This document shows, in pieces, positions 1-12,788 of a DNA stretch of 64,000 nucleotides (positions within the stretch are counted from its first letter, which is position 1; the number at the start of each line of letters is the position of its first letter). The position numbers were made by a program, and so were the translations under genes. Source of the DNA: Phoronis australis (taxonomy: Eukaryota; Animalia; Phoronida); contig NMRA01000157.1 in assembly GCA_002633005.1 (NCBI GenBank), positions 734,607-798,606 on the forward strand. Direction: 5' to 3'. Under the pieces are notes generated by a model. It had not been told where the DNA came from. It worked only from the letters and a program-made list of their open reading frames with translations, and did not search any database.

Positions 1-51
1 ATGTGACAGTAATTTTGAGACACCTGAACTAATTGCATTTAATCTCCTTAC

Positions 52-172
52 CAGTGTCTGACATTGGAACCAGCTTGGTGAGGGAACTGCTGACTACTAC
101 TGTGATCATGGTAAGGCCGATGACCATAGGGAACATGCAGGCTATTAACTGCCACAAGGATTGCGTCTGTGA
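52..172 (-). CDS. SLC22A18: SLC22A18-like exon 9 (SQTQSLWQLIACMFPMVIGLTMITVVVSSSLTKLVPMSDT); final exon lies left of the window
   Basis: GTAAGG donor at 51; ends in SDT|G like the human protein; a second AG 6 nt inside makes the acceptor slightly ambiguous. Confidence 0.85.
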
Positions 173-731
173 CTGATCAACAAAAACAAAATGAAAGAAT
201 GCATTAGAAGCACAATTTAATCTTTCAATACAAGTCAAAGTGTATTACACCTGAAGTAAAAATGAGACAATTGTTTTAGTGTAAACTAACTGAAGATTTG
301 TGAGTAAAATGTGAGGGCCATTCCATTTTATTGGAAACTGGCAAGTTCACTGTGTTCATCAACATTTGATTGGTTCGGGGGTCATCCGGTAGATGCCCCT
401 GGGAAAAAACGTCTGGTTAACCAGGCAAACTTTTGCTGGAGTTCATTCAATGGGAAACTTTCAAGAAGCAATAGGGGCCGATTACTAGTGACCCACGACT
501 CCTATTAATCAGGAGGTACTACTTCTTCTTTACAGGTGGAGGGAAACGGGGACATGTTTAACTTTGCAAAAAGCCCCTCTACAGTGTATGTGATTATACA
601 TGACAATGTGATGAGTTTCTAACAAAAGTTAAACTACATCCTCGTCCTGTAGAAAGTCTCCCGTTTTGTTAAACAACAGTACATACAGAGCAAAACGTGT
701 GTAAGTTTGACATGCCTAACAGCTAACTTAC

Positions 732-833
732 CAAGGCTAAATAAGCCCACATCAGTATAAATGAGGCCCACTTAAGCAGGGAGTTCTCTGTAAACCTCTT
801 GGTCAAGATTGGTATACCGAACGCTTGTACACA
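732..833 (-). CDS. SLC22A18: SLC22A18-like exon 8 (CVQAFGIPILTKRFTENSLLKWASFILMWAYLAL)
   Basis: 102 nt, phase 0->0, ttttag/GTAAGT. Confidence 0.88.
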
Positions 834-1408
834 CTAAAATACAGCAAACAACAGGTACCAGTCAACTATGACTGTCAGGTTTCATTGACGCTACAAATAG
901 ATCATCGACATAACATAAACAAATGCCACATTTAACAATCCCTAACTTCCTACTTGTAATATTCCTAAAACAAAATCTCAAAATTCCATAGGCCAATAAA
1001 CTAATTCAACCACAGCTATGATCAAGTTTTGTTACTATTTAATGGTTTCAGGCACAATGACAGGAACCATAACCAGTTGGACTGTTCTTTAAGGGTTGCC
1101 TAAACAGTATGTCATAGCTGATTATATAGGCTCTCGATGGGGAGGAATGTTGGCCTCAATCCTCTCTTGAAAAATATTGTAAAATCGTGGAATTCAGGTC
1201 CAAAATTCCTCTCTAATGATTAAAAAAATCCCCTCAAGGATAGACTCATTTTTAACTCATGAAAAAAATCTCCTTTCTAAATGCACAGGCATGTCTCCTC
1301 TCAGGTGAGAGACAGCCCTGACTATAAACATCTCAAACAATCTCAGATAACATTTTAGCTGAACATGCATTCATTACCATGCATCTTCTCCAAGGTTGCA
1401 GGACCTAC

Positions 1409-1521
1409 CATTGATATGACTGCAACATATGACATCATCATCCCATTCTGCTCCGGAGGAAGTTTGAAAGTCTCCATGGCGACAACAACAAACATGCTTT
1501 GAAATATTCCAATGGGAATAC
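1409..1521 (-). CDS. SLC22A18: SLC22A18-like exon 7 (IPIGIFQSMFVVVAMETFKLPPEQNGMMMSYVAVISM)
   Basis: 113 nt, phase 1->0; resembles human PTGLFMVMFSIISMDFFQL..QAGYLMSF. Confidence 0.9.
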
Positions 1522-2511
1522 CTACAATACATCACGTTGAGCTAATGCGATAACAATTGCACCAGTAACAGCACCTCTTAAGCTAAGTACTTTCCAATGA
1601 GCATTAAAAACATGCATTGAAATATACTAATGATTTTGATCCAGTAGCCAATTTCACACCTGCCTGCTCACTATTGTTTCTTCCTCATTAAGATCGGGAT
1701 GTATCACAATGAAGAAGTCATTCTGCTGGGTGTTTGGAAAGTTAAAGCTCATCAAGACAAGAGCTTGCTCAGTATGACGTCATGTTCGCGTTTTGGTCTC
1801 AGTCAAATAAAATTGAAATTCCAAAAATAAGGAAAATAACAATATCATCAGATCTGACACAGCGCTTCAAATTCCTAAGTACTGGGATATGAACCCAGTA
1901 AATCTTAAACTTTCTCAACACCCAAGGAGCATAATGGGTGTAACTGCTGTCAACGCACATCGATCAATCTGAACACATAATTTTGTGAAAGTTTCAATTG
2001 CTAAAATGCCCGTGGTAAAATGAATGGGAAAAATATCCAAAACCTGCAAAATTTTTGACAATGTGATGTGACTGCATTTCTAGTCCTATTTATAGCCCCA
2101 AATCATGCTACACTAGTGCCACACAGGTCACTGCTGAATAGGTCACTAAAGCACTATAAGCAAACTACACAAACGTGAGTTCTTTCTTAACAAGTTGTAA
2201 TTTTCAAACTAACTATGATCCCTGTGTTAACATGAGAATTAATAATAAATAATAGAGTCCACAAGCACATAATCATCTGCCAATGACACAAGCTTCCACT
2301 GAGTATAGAAACAAGACTATTCAGGGTTGACATGCTTCAATGATCACCCCTCTTGGAATCTATAAATAAGGTTCCACACAGTTACACATAGTAACTACAT
2401 GCTTGCTTGTGGTGCCAAACATATATCACAAAATAAATTCAAAAATGTTTGCCACCAATGAGTTGCTTCAATTACAACTCAACATCAGGAAAAACTTTGA
2501 AGAGAATAACA

Positions 2512-2729
2512 GATGTGAACTTTATAACACATGTAAACTTTATAACACATGTAAACTTTATAACACATGTGAACTTTATAACACATGTGAACTTTATAAC
2601 ACATGTAAACTTTATAACACATGTAAAATTTATAACACATGTGAACTTTATAACACATGTAAACTTTATAACACATGTGAACTTTATAACACATGTAAAC
2701 TTTATAACACATGTAAAATTTATAACACA
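2512..2729. repeat. 18-bp minisatellite (ACATGTRAACTTTATAAC), ~12 copies
   Basis: Direct reading; explains the four repetitive ORFs at 2403-2876. Confidence 0.95.
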
Positions 2730-2935
2730 AAAGTTCAAGTTCAAAAGAACCAGTGGTTCCACTGCGTGACAAAAACATTTTTTCATTCTAAAATAATGAC
2801 CAAAAACCAATGTTGTTGACATTATTACCTTATTACATAAAAACATAGCAAGTGCCAAGGATAGCAATTTAAACATCTATAGTTTCACCAATACACATAC
2901 CATTCTGGTAATAATGAGACGGTAATGCGACTCAC

Positions 2936-3031
2936 CTGACACTAGTCTAAAGAAAAGCAAGAAGAGTACACCAGGCACCTTGGTCAGGCTAAGATACTTC
3001 TGTAAGTTCAACATTTGGGAACTACTCGCCT
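2936..3031 (-). CDS. SLC22A18: SLC22A18-like exon 6 (ASSSQMLNLQKYLSLTKVPGVLFLLFFRLVS)
   Basis: 96 nt, phase 1->1, GTGAGT donor. Confidence 0.85.
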
Positions 3032-3389
3032 CTGAAATTATAACAAATATTTCATGACACACAAAAAATTAAAATCTCTACGTTTCCATGAGACCTCTTA
3101 TGTACATGAGCGTACTCCATATGAGCTTATGAATGACATGCACCTAAGTTATCAATAGTGACTATCCCTTGAATATGAAAATTTTCTAAATTAGGTGTTA
3201 TTTGTGCTTTGAATTTTGTCAATTCAATTCTTAACTTTTTAATTGAGTTATAAATTGAGTGCACCTTTTAAAATACCTTTCTTTTTGTAAGTCAAGTTTC
3301 ATTAAATAAAGCTGTGCATATACGTGAAACTGTGCCTATATCCAAAATTAGGTGTATGTTCTTTGAATAAAACCAAGAAACAAATTTTT

Positions 3390-3590
3390 GAACTACATGT
3401 GAAACTGCATCTGTAAGTGAAGCGAGCCCTGTATGTGAACTGCCTCTATATGTGAAGCTCCCTATATATGTGAAGCTGCTCCTATATGCAAAGTTATCTC
3501 AATATGTGAAGCTGGTCGCACATGTGAACCTGCATCTATATGTAAAGCTTCTTCCACATGTAAAGCTACATCTACATGTGAAGCTGCTAC
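3390..3590. repeat. Degenerate 18-bp minisatellite (ATATGTGAAGCTNCNTCT-like)
   Basis: 18-bp periodic ATGTGAA/ATGTAAA core. Confidence 0.75.
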
Positions 3591-4390
3591 AAGCTTCAAG
3601 TTATACTACCCCACAAAGTGCAAGTAAAATGTGACAAATAGTGCCTGCATTAGTTAGGATGTAGCATAATCATTTTATCAATACAGAGTTCATCAAAATT
3701 CTTTTTCTTCAAATACAGTCCACTGAAGAAGTAAACAACTTACAGTAACCAGGTAACAACTACCTGGATAATTCAACAAAACTGACCAATCGTGAACACC
3801 TGTTGTAAACAGTAAATACTGAAGCTACAAGCTGACACACATCAATACCCTATTAAAAATAAAATTGTGGTGGGTGGGGCTTGCTGAGTTGATGTATTGA
3901 TAAAAAATTTATCTTGGGGATTCCAAACAGGCACATTCAAACACTGTTAGTCATACTGAACAAAAGATAGGAGCAAAACATGCCAAAATAGCAGTAAAAA
4001 CAAGCTTTTTTAAAAAGTCACACCACCACCTGCTGTTAGAATATAAAACTTTTAAATACAAATATTGGGAACATTTTGATATAACCAGTTATGAACCTAG
4101 ATTTCAAACTACTTCAAATGAAAGACTATAGAAAGGTCAGTGATATATTGTTAAAAAAGTATGTTATAGAAGGAATTGTGGAGCAAATAGTGGGAAAAAG
4201 TAAGACAAACTGACCTCAATTCTGAATTAGTATTCAGTTGATAATGTAACAAACCAGTATCACAATATACCCATCAAAACAGTGTATGTTGATGCTGACA
4301 TTAGTTGTTTAACCAACAGGGGTCACTGATGTTGAAAAGTGCAATCAAAAAGTCATGTCAACTAGAAGAAATAACGTGGATGTACGTTAC

Positions 4391-4497
4391 CCAGATTGAC
4401 ATGTTCTTTAGGTTTTGTGTAGCGCGGTATAAACCTCATCACAAGAAACACACTGAAGAGTGAGATGAATCCAGCACAAAACGACGTGTTTTGCAGC
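4391..4497 (-). CDS. SLC22A18: SLC22A18-like exon 5 (LQNTSFCAGFISLFSVFLVMRFIPRYTKPKEHVNL)
   Basis: tttcag acceptor, GTAACG donor, phase 2->1, hydrophobic TM segment. Confidence 0.85.
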
Positions 4498-4960
4498 CTG
4501 AAATGGATCAAAAGTATGAAACCCACAGAACAAAACAACAATTCAACACACATGACTAGCAGCACAACAACTGTGATATAAAGAAAGTTTATAGAGCTTT
4601 CCGTGAGCTAAAGTAGACTTTCACAAAAAAGAATACAAAAGATGCACCATGGAAAATACCTTCTTTAATGAAATTTCATATTGATATTTTACCAAAATTG
4701 TGCCACTTTTTACCTCTGAAAAATTGACCAATAATTGGAGAGACAACTGGTGTCTTAGCATAAAAGTAAGGTAAACCACCAGTATTTGGAATTGTCAAAA
4801 CAAAGCTGTAGTTAGAAATGATATTCACTCTTGTCTCACTGGATGTAAAATGGTCAAAATGATTCGACAGAAAAACAGGTCACAAGAACATTTCTTCCAG
4901 ATAATTGTAAGCTGCAGGCATGCTTGTTTGAATAACAGTGAAATCTAAAACCAGCCATAC

Positions 4961-5093
4961 CCAACAAGCCTGACCAGCAGCCCTCCGAGGAGTGGACCAA
5001 CAACCATACCACTGCCGTAGGACAGGCTAAGTTTTGCCAGAGCACTTGCTCTCTCCTTCTCATCTGACAAGTCAGTCACAACCATTTGACCAC
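4961..5093 (-). CDS. SLC22A18: SLC22A18-like exon 4 (GQMVVTDLSDEKERASALAKLSLSYGSGMVVGPLLGGLLVRLVG)
   Basis: 133 nt, phase 1->2; antiporter motif C-like G-x-x-x-G-P-x-x-G-G. Confidence 0.92.
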
Positions 5094-5479
5094 CTGAACA
5101 AAACACATCATCTTGATAGGTATCACAATGAGCTAAATGATTCTAGTCACTGAACAGGAGCTTGTGTGCAATACTGCACCCTGACCCTCATGTTATGATG
5201 CTAAATCTAAATACTAAAGGCTCTTGGCAATAATGATTTAGACACTCTAAAATCTGTATTTCACTGTTTTTTTTAGATGTTTCAGCAAAATTGAAAAGGT
5301 TGTTTGGTGGTACTTTAACACTTTATTAACTATAACTATGGTATTTAATATCTGTCAGTCCGATATGTGACAAAGAACACCTTGCTGAAAAACGCAGAGG
5401 ACTCTTATCTTGCTTATGAGGCATTCAGTCTCTGGTCTACCAGGACATTACAGCCTATCAAACACTTAGAAGAACAAAC

Positions 5480-5625
5480 CTTGCATTGCATGAAGGAACA
5501 AGGATGGTAATCTTGATACAAACAGCAGGGGTACCGAGTATGACAGGCCCAAGATGAAATAGGACACGGCTGCTGACATGAACGCCAAAGACAGGGCTAG
5601 TCTGCCTCCAAATAAATCTCCAAAT
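5480..5625 (-). CDS. SLC22A18: SLC22A18-like exon 3 (FGDLFGGRLALSLAFMSAAVSYFILGLSYSVPLLFVSRLPSLFLHAMQ)
   Basis: 146 nt, phase 2->1; completes MFS motif A-like G-R-F-G-D-x-x-G-x-R. Confidence 0.92.
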
Positions 5626-7714
5626 CTGTAAACACAACAAAGATCAGGCTGTTAAGATACAACAAGATTACCATGGAATGGAAGTTTAGATTGTCCACAC
5701 TTCTTGTAAAAGTATATCCATCTAACAAGCTCACAATATAACTTATTAGCATCCCGTTTCTCTTGTTAAAGGTATTGTTAACAATTACCAAACATTTGCT
5801 GCAAGATTCCAAAGAAGTTTCCATTCATGATTTATACTCCCATAACTCAGGGCCCTCGATTTTGGGGTCGGATATTGGCCCCATTGCCCTCTCAAAAAAC
5901 ATTGAAAAATCATGGGGAATTCCCCTTGTCAGGTCTAAAATATTCTCCTCTGAACGACCAAATATTCGCCACACGATTTTAACCTCAGACAACCTCAAAA
6001 ACATTGTATTCAAACCCACTGACTTCAATCACCAGGCCAAGTACCAGACACCAGAAAGGTCACAAAAAGGTTTCATTGTAAAACATGTGCTGCATACAGG
6101 AGTGCTATAACCAGTTTTGTGATATTTCACTCTAGCACATTGAAAACACAAATTTAAACAAAAAATTCTGTGCATCTGCGGCCGAAATGTAACATAAACA
6201 TGTTCTACAAGAGCAGAATTAGGAAAACCCTTGCAACGGAAGATAGAAAAATACTGGAACATGTCTTTTTACTCATGAACTTGCTATGCACAGCTCTCAG
6301 AAACAGTCTCAAGCAGAACACACTTGAACAGCTCATCAGCATTATTCATTGTGATCAGCAACACTTCTAAGAAGAACATTTTTAATTGTTTAAAAACAGT
6401 CATTGCTCTTGGTCATTTCAGGTCCAAGAAAGACAGAATGGCAAAATTTTAAGACTGAATGATACTGTTGTGAGAAATGAAAACATTGTTTAGCAAAACG
6501 CCTCCTTACTGTGCCACAGAGTTTGTTATGTGGTACAAGTCGGGGGGGGGGGGGGGNGGGGTCTGTCCTTTACAAACATTGCTTAACTCACATTAAGGTG
6601 TTAGTAATGCTGGCTGATTTGAAAGTTTTCCCAACGGTGTTTACCAGGAGCTCACACTCTTCTGTGTTTATGCAAAAATGAATCGTTGTGTCTAGGAATT
6701 GGCTTCTTAAGCCAAGCAGTGTGACAACAAGTGTTCGTCTTCACTTCCTATCAATTGTAGATGTAAGATTGGATCACTTCTTACTATTTAAAATTATCTC
6801 AAACCTTATTCAGTGACCTTCACTCTTAACTCATATATCAAAAAATGCTACGTCTATTAATAAAACTATATATTTACTGAAAGAAAAAATGTCAGAGATT
6901 ATAAAAATATGTTTTTATCATTATCATGATCACGTGACCACCTTTTTAAGTCAAAATTTCATTTTTAAGAAAGGTACATTCATAGCAAACCCCTTTGATC
7001 AATCTTAATGGAACCCTTTTTAAATGAAAACTTCACAATTTACTTCAAAAATGCTGTTAGGAATTTTTGGTTACACATTTATTTTTTTTTCTATGCCAAA
7101 AATAACCAGCAAAACATAAGATAATTTAAAATTTGTAAAAAATAGCATTCGTACTCGTCTATCTCACGTATGCAAAAACTAGGTGTATAAAAAGAAAATC
7201 CTAACACTGTTTTTGAAATTAATGAATAAACATTAAAACTGGAAAGAGTCATTGGAATTCACCAATTTTCGAGAACTTATGTACCTAAGTTGAAATTAAG
7301 TCGATTTGATGAAGCTGACAACAAGCAGAAAACTTCGCGAGTCTTCAAAATATTATGCTAGTGACTTAATTATTTGGTGAAAACTTGTTTTTGGTCACTG
7401 TAACCTATATACACCTTAAGCAAGTTTGCTATTTCAATATTCACTTGCAATGTCAACTAAATTTGCAGTGCTTAATTAATCTAATTGTCACTAAAACATT
7501 TCTATTTTGTGAATTTGTCTCAAATCAAACTAGGAAAATTGTGGGGTCAATAGTTCAGTAGGTCAATAATTCATTGTGATACACACCACGTGCCAGGAGA
7601 CTGATAACAAAAAAAACAAGTATGAAATGAACAATAAAAATTGAGTCAGTGATTAAAGCACAAAACCAAAATGTCAAATTACCGATCAAATTAATGAACT
7701 TGGTGAGGATTTAT

Positions 7715-8165
7715 CTTTTTTCACAACTTGCTATTGGATCAACACAAAGTCACAGAGGTGATGCTGCGACTACATTTGTTCTCAACAACGGTATGCATGA
7801 GGATGCACAACTCCCTCAGGGTCAAAATTGCATTCTGTATTCATATTCCGCAGCATCTTCCTATGCTAGGTACACCTCGTTGACTCAATATTACAGTGAC
7901 TCAGTGAATGAAAGGACTGAGGGTTCATACAAAACTGTTCTATGCCTGACAGGAAATTGGATTTTATTGACAGCCCTGTAACCTTTGACCTCAGATAAGT
8001 AGTAAACAAATTTCAACACGGTTGAAGGCGATTGAAGGTGGTTCTGCTAAAAAATTTTTTCTTGCTACATGGTATATATTTTGTATTTGAAGTTCCCCAA
8101 GAATGAAAATAGGTATTTTACCAGACATATGAAATACTTTTGTGAATAAGGTTTGAGATATCCTT
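7715..8165 (+). repeat. Dispersed repeat, copy 1 (related copy at ~28980-29432)
   Basis: Shared blocks GTAACCTTTGACCTC, AGTAAACAAATTTC, GGTGGTTCTGCTAAA, GTGAATAAGGTTTGAGATATCCTT. Confidence 0.75.
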
Positions 8166-8483
8166 CACTTGGAGTTGATACTTGCTTTTAAAAGTATAAA
8201 ATAGTGTATATACCATTGTCATCAAAAGCAATTGCACTGGATAAACATTACAAAAAATACCCTTTTGGAAAAACTGCTGCTGTGAAAATTCCCCTCTTAG
8301 TAAAAAAAAAACGCCACAAAAAATCTCCCTTTAGAAGGTACAGGCCCCTTTGCCCTCAGGCTAGTGAGGGTGCAAAAAAATCGTACTTGATGTGCTATAG
8401 GATCTTTCCGAGAAATGCATAATCTCTGGACAATACTGACATCTTCTAAAAAGCAAATGTGACCTTAATAATAATACTCTTAC

Positions 8484-8581
8484 CTGCCAAAAACAGGGCC
8501 ACCGCACAGCTGAACAATGGCAAATGTAGTTTGTAGATAACCAAAAACAACAGTCTCCACACCCAACTTTTTAGTAAGGTA
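8484..8581 (-). CDS. SLC22A18: SLC22A18-like exon 2 (YLTKKLGVETVVFGYLQTTFAIVQLCGGPVFGR)
   Basis: AG/GT bounded, 98 nt; closely resembles the human segment YLSRKLG..FGYLQTTFGVLQLLGGPVFGR. Confidence 0.93.
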
Positions 8582-9007
8582 CTAAAAAACAGAGCAACGG
8601 GTTAATTACAATATTCATCTTAAAACTTCAACTCAAATTTACTTATTTTCATCATATCTTATTTTTCTCAAACTAAATCAGGTTGTGTACAAACAATTCA
8701 ATTTTCAGTGTCCACAAAAATGATAACTTGTTAATGCCTCTAGTGAATTCACAAAATGAACACATGACAGTAACTTTAGATGAAAGCAAATCATCTCAAA
8801 ATTTAATTTCTGCATTAAATTGAAACTTTCACCAATTGCTTTTCCACATGACAAATTAAGATTGAATATTGGCTTGTACTCATTGAAAGATCAAAATTCT
8901 CTTTTCGTGTATAATCACGGTCACTTTTTGTTTTCAGCAAGCCAGCTTGAAGAATACTAATGTTCACAGTGATAGCAATGCTGTGACATTTCCACAGCAA
9001 TACCTAC

Positions 9008-9295
9008 TGGCAACACTCCATTTGTTATCCAAAAACACAAAGAATATAGTGCTATGTTCAGATGGGTGACTAGAAGTACGGTGTTCATGCGATGACCAAA
9101 GAGTGTGACATGTCTGTCATCATCTTTCACTACTTCAGGTTTTGTCAAGGCTGGTTCTTGTTCAGAGGTCATTTCTCCGTTTTTGATGTCAGATTTTTTC
9201 TTGGAGGTACGCCTAAATCTTGGTTTCGTCTCCAACTCAACTTCATGGTCACTAGATTCATCCGGAATGGTTCTGCCTGACGAACGCAATCTCAT
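9008..9295 (-). CDS. SLC22A18: SLC22A18-like MFS transporter, coding exon 1 (MRLRSSG...HLNIALYSLCFWITNGVLP)
   Basis: ATG at 9295 shortly after an acceptor (ttttag at 9306); phase-0 donor GTAGGT at 9007; encodes TM1 and splices in frame to later exons that resemble human SLC22A18 as recalled. Confidence 0.85.
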
Positions 9296-9591
9296 GTCTG
9301 GTTAACTAAAATAAAGTGCATTACATTAGTACAATAAAATCTCATTAAGTTCTGACAAAAATAATGGCCACCATCTCCACTGGGGACAGTTGAGATGGTG
9401 GTAATGTTTACTTTATCAGTAGGCAGTGCCACCATCTCAACTAACAGTAGAAGTGGTAGCCATCCCATAGGCCCTTCATATGCCAGAAGCTTTTTGGCGA
9501 ATTACGCCTCGCACTAATTAAACCATCAATGTCATGTTGTTACAAGTACCTTTTGTGCACAGAGGGACACCTTAAGAGGCCAGTGATGTCT

Positions 9592-9787
9592 TTAACTCTT
9601 CCCAGCTCAAACAAATATTTCCGCAATCGAACTTTTTTCAAACAGTCCTTTGTTTAGTTGTCCAAATCGGCAGAAGATATGACATCATATCCCCAGGTGC
9701 AAGCAGTACCGATTTGGGCAACCGAACGAAGGACTGTTTGAAAAGAGTTTGATTACGGGAGTATTTGTTCAAGTTGGAAGAAATTAA
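9592..9787. mobile_element. ~195-bp palindromic MITE-like element
   Basis: ~85-bp imperfect inverted arms (TCAAACAGTCCTT / AAGGACTGTTTGA), TTAA at both ends. Confidence 0.7.
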
Positions 9788-11238
9788 AGGGGCATTTAAA
9801 TTTGTGACAAACCTACATTTTGATCAATTGCGAAAAAAATAGTCACCCTGGGAAAATAATGGAAACATCAATTGTTAAGTCATATTGGTAGCTTTTAATG
9901 CTTGTATCAACTTTTGTCTTATCTTTTGCCGACAGAGAAAATTTCGTACAAAAGGTGTGACAGTGACAGACAGACATTAATTTTCTGTGAATTGCAATTC
10001 GTTATTTTTTGTTTTATATGATGATTTTGTGCAAATGGTTTGTGAAGTAAAACACAGTCACCATTTTTTGAAGAAATTCTTATCAAACAACTCGATGTAA
10101 ATTGAGTAAGTGTGACCGATGTACGTATGCTCTAAACTTTTTGTTGTGACTAAGAAAGCAATTCAGAATAATACAATCTTCAGTATTTAAGCTACATTGG
10201 TCTTTTGCAAGTGATTCAAAATTAAATTAAATTAATGCGTTATGAAACATAATTTTTTAATCAACATACACCAATTGACCTTTTGCATAAAATCATCACC
10301 TCAGGTAATCCTATGCCGGGTATAAATGCTAGGATGTTAACTTTTCAACATGTTTGATCAAAGGTAAAAAACAACCTTCAAAATCCTCACTTCTTTTCAA
10401 AGAGGGTAAACAATATGGATGTCAGTGAGAGTGAGAATCATTTTGTATTTGACACCTGTTGGCATGAAAACGGTTGCATTCATCAGGAATAAAAATTTGA
10501 AATTATTAAGTAAACATGGCTATCCTAAACATAAAATGTGAAACAGAGTTCATATTTTGATCCAGAATTAGACACTGCTAGACAATGTCTTGCAATGTGA
10601 AAGCAAACATTAAATTACACTAAATTTAGGAATACAATTTAGGAATATGTGGCGCTAATAAAATTATCAGATGCTGGTCCCTATTAGATATTCAGCTTTT
10701 CAACTCATGTCGTCATTTCAGTTTTAAAAAGAATTTCAGAACAAATTTTGATAGTGCGAAGCTCTCGTCATCTCTCGACAGATGCCATAAAAATTTAGGA
10801 AATGGCGCATGCTCATGTTACGAGTGTGCTGATTTCAAAATGATGACATTTTCTTTATGCCTTAATGACTGTATAAAGCCACGGGCAAGGTGAGTGTCGG
10901 TTGACTCACAGATTTTGCATTCAGTCACCCCCGATAGTCTTTGGCTACATGTTGATACAAATTTCACGGCTAGGATGACGAGCAGAACTGCCCGGGTCGT
11001 GTGCAATTTTGAGGTCTGTCAGCACTGAACACGCAGTGGCACCTAGTTGTATTTTGACGATACTGTTCATACAGCTAGCAAGGCAACACGTCACGTAGAC
11101 CCTCGGGCGAGCCTCGGTTACGATGTTGGCCTAAGTAATTCGCCCTAAATTGCAGTAACAGCAAACACAGACACAGTCAAAGACAGTTTGCAAAATTGTC
11201 TCGGCAAGGCTGTGGAGGGCAACAGCTAAGGCACGTAC

Positions 11239-11445
11239 CGTTCACAACATTTGAGTAAGGGTGGACAATTAACCAACACAACCGGCTCCGTGATGCTTTT
11301 TCAGAATTTCCACCCGACTTCTTTCCTTGGCGTTTCCGGTTTCCTAAAGTGGAGGTGCATTTGTATGTCAGTCATATGACTTGTGTGAACTTGTCAAGGT
11401 TTTCTGTTCATTTGTCAGTTTCACCGATATGTGCACATGATCATG
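11239..11445. promoter_or_regulatory. Probable CpG-rich bidirectional promoter shared by SLC22A18-like (minus; putative 5'UTR exon with donor GTACGT at 11238) and Rab32 (plus)
   Basis: Local CpG enrichment (~10.8-11.6 kb), outward-facing donor sites, ETS-like TTTCCGGTTTCC at ~11333. Confidence 0.55.
11443..11445 (+). CDS. RAB32: Probable Rab32 start-codon-only coding exon (ATG|GTGAGT)
   Basis: Consensus donor directly after ATG; next exon starts in phase 0 without a Met. Confidence 0.55.
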
Positions 11446-11764
11446 GTGAGTATTTCCTCGCAAAAATACTTTATAACGATCATGCTTCATCCATTAACAA
11501 TATTCCGTCCAAATTTATTGCATCGATCCGTCAATTTAACGATCAATTCAACTTTGAAAGAGATGACAGTCGCGATGTAGACAGTGATCACCAGTCACCT
11601 TCTCTACAGCTAGACGCCTAGACGGTGGTCACTTTCTAACTGCGGTGTTGTTCTCGGTGCAACTAGTGCTATGTAGTACATTGTATGTCTTTGAGATAGT
11701 GAATGAGTTGAGCTTTTGGCATTTCAGTGTAACTTGTTTAGACATAATTATCATCGCTTCAGAT

Positions 11765-12003
11765 GAATAACTAGATGCAAAAAGTTATATAAGTAAAAAC
11801 TTCTGGAACTTAAAAATAAGTTTCTGAATGCCTGATTGCTCCTACTGGGTCCTTGCAATTTTCGGAACAGCAGCAGAGGGCGACAAAATTGTCACGGGAA
11901 CCGGTCAGTCATCAATCTCCATTAATAATCCGTCATCACTTACTCCTTAGTAAGTTCCAGAAGTTTTCGTTGACTGAAAAATAAAATTTTCGCATCTTGT
12001 TTG
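11765..12003. mobile_element. Degenerate MITE-like inverted repeat
   Basis: AAAACTTCTGGAACTTA / TAAGTTCCAGAAGTTTT arms plus outer AGATGC / GCATCT. Confidence 0.5.
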
Positions 12004-12788
12004 TTTATCAGTGTTAAATTTTTCATGAATTAGGTTTTGCACCTAAGTAATTTCTGATGCTTCCTATCAGGTGCTTGTGCCTTATGAGTGGGAAATTTTT
12101 CAGATTAGGGGGAAGTCCCCCTAGTCAATGCCAACTCTCTGAATTATATGACCTGATCAGGGGAATTTTGTATAAGTTTAGTGTATTTTTCAGAGGGGAA
12201 TGGGGCTGATATTTGTCTCAAAAGTGAGGCATTGAGGTCCCTGTCTATTCTAAGGTGATGCTTGACATGACGTTACTTAAAATACCACTGTGCTGATGAG
12301 TTTACGTCATAGAGCCTCAAATTTCTTAAGTAACTTTGCATATACTTACAAGTATTAATGGCTCTGCACCGTCTCAAGGTAGCACTTAGGCAATGACCAT
12401 CGCCTCTGTTGGCCCGAACCAGAGGCGATGCAGAGGCTATAGGCGCTCTGTACGCTGGAAGCTTTTCGGCAAATTATGCCTCGCACCGACTAAACCATCA
12501 AAGTCACGTTGTTATGAATACCTTTTGCGCATAGAGGAACACCTGACGAGGTTGTCGATGTGTTTAATTCCTTCCAACTCGAACAAATACTCCCATTATC
12601 AAACTTTTTCTTCGAGCACTCCCTATTTCAGTTCCCAAAATCGTGAACTCACCATTTTTATACTGCGCACGCTCCAATTTTTACCGCGCTCGCTAGGTGA
12701 TGTGACTTCATGACCTCAGTCTTTAAATAGGCCAAAGGTGAGCCATTGCGGTCTTGTCAGTCAAATGTTCGTTTCCAAAATGCCACCA

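Noticed and set aside
2403-2876. Repetitive ORFs (CKLYNT)n, (THVNFI)n and others
   Set aside because: Translation artefacts of the 18-bp minisatellite, open in several frames on both strands
6541-6561. Poly-G tract as a G-quadruplex element
   Set aside because: Homopolymer containing an N at an assembly break; length unreliable
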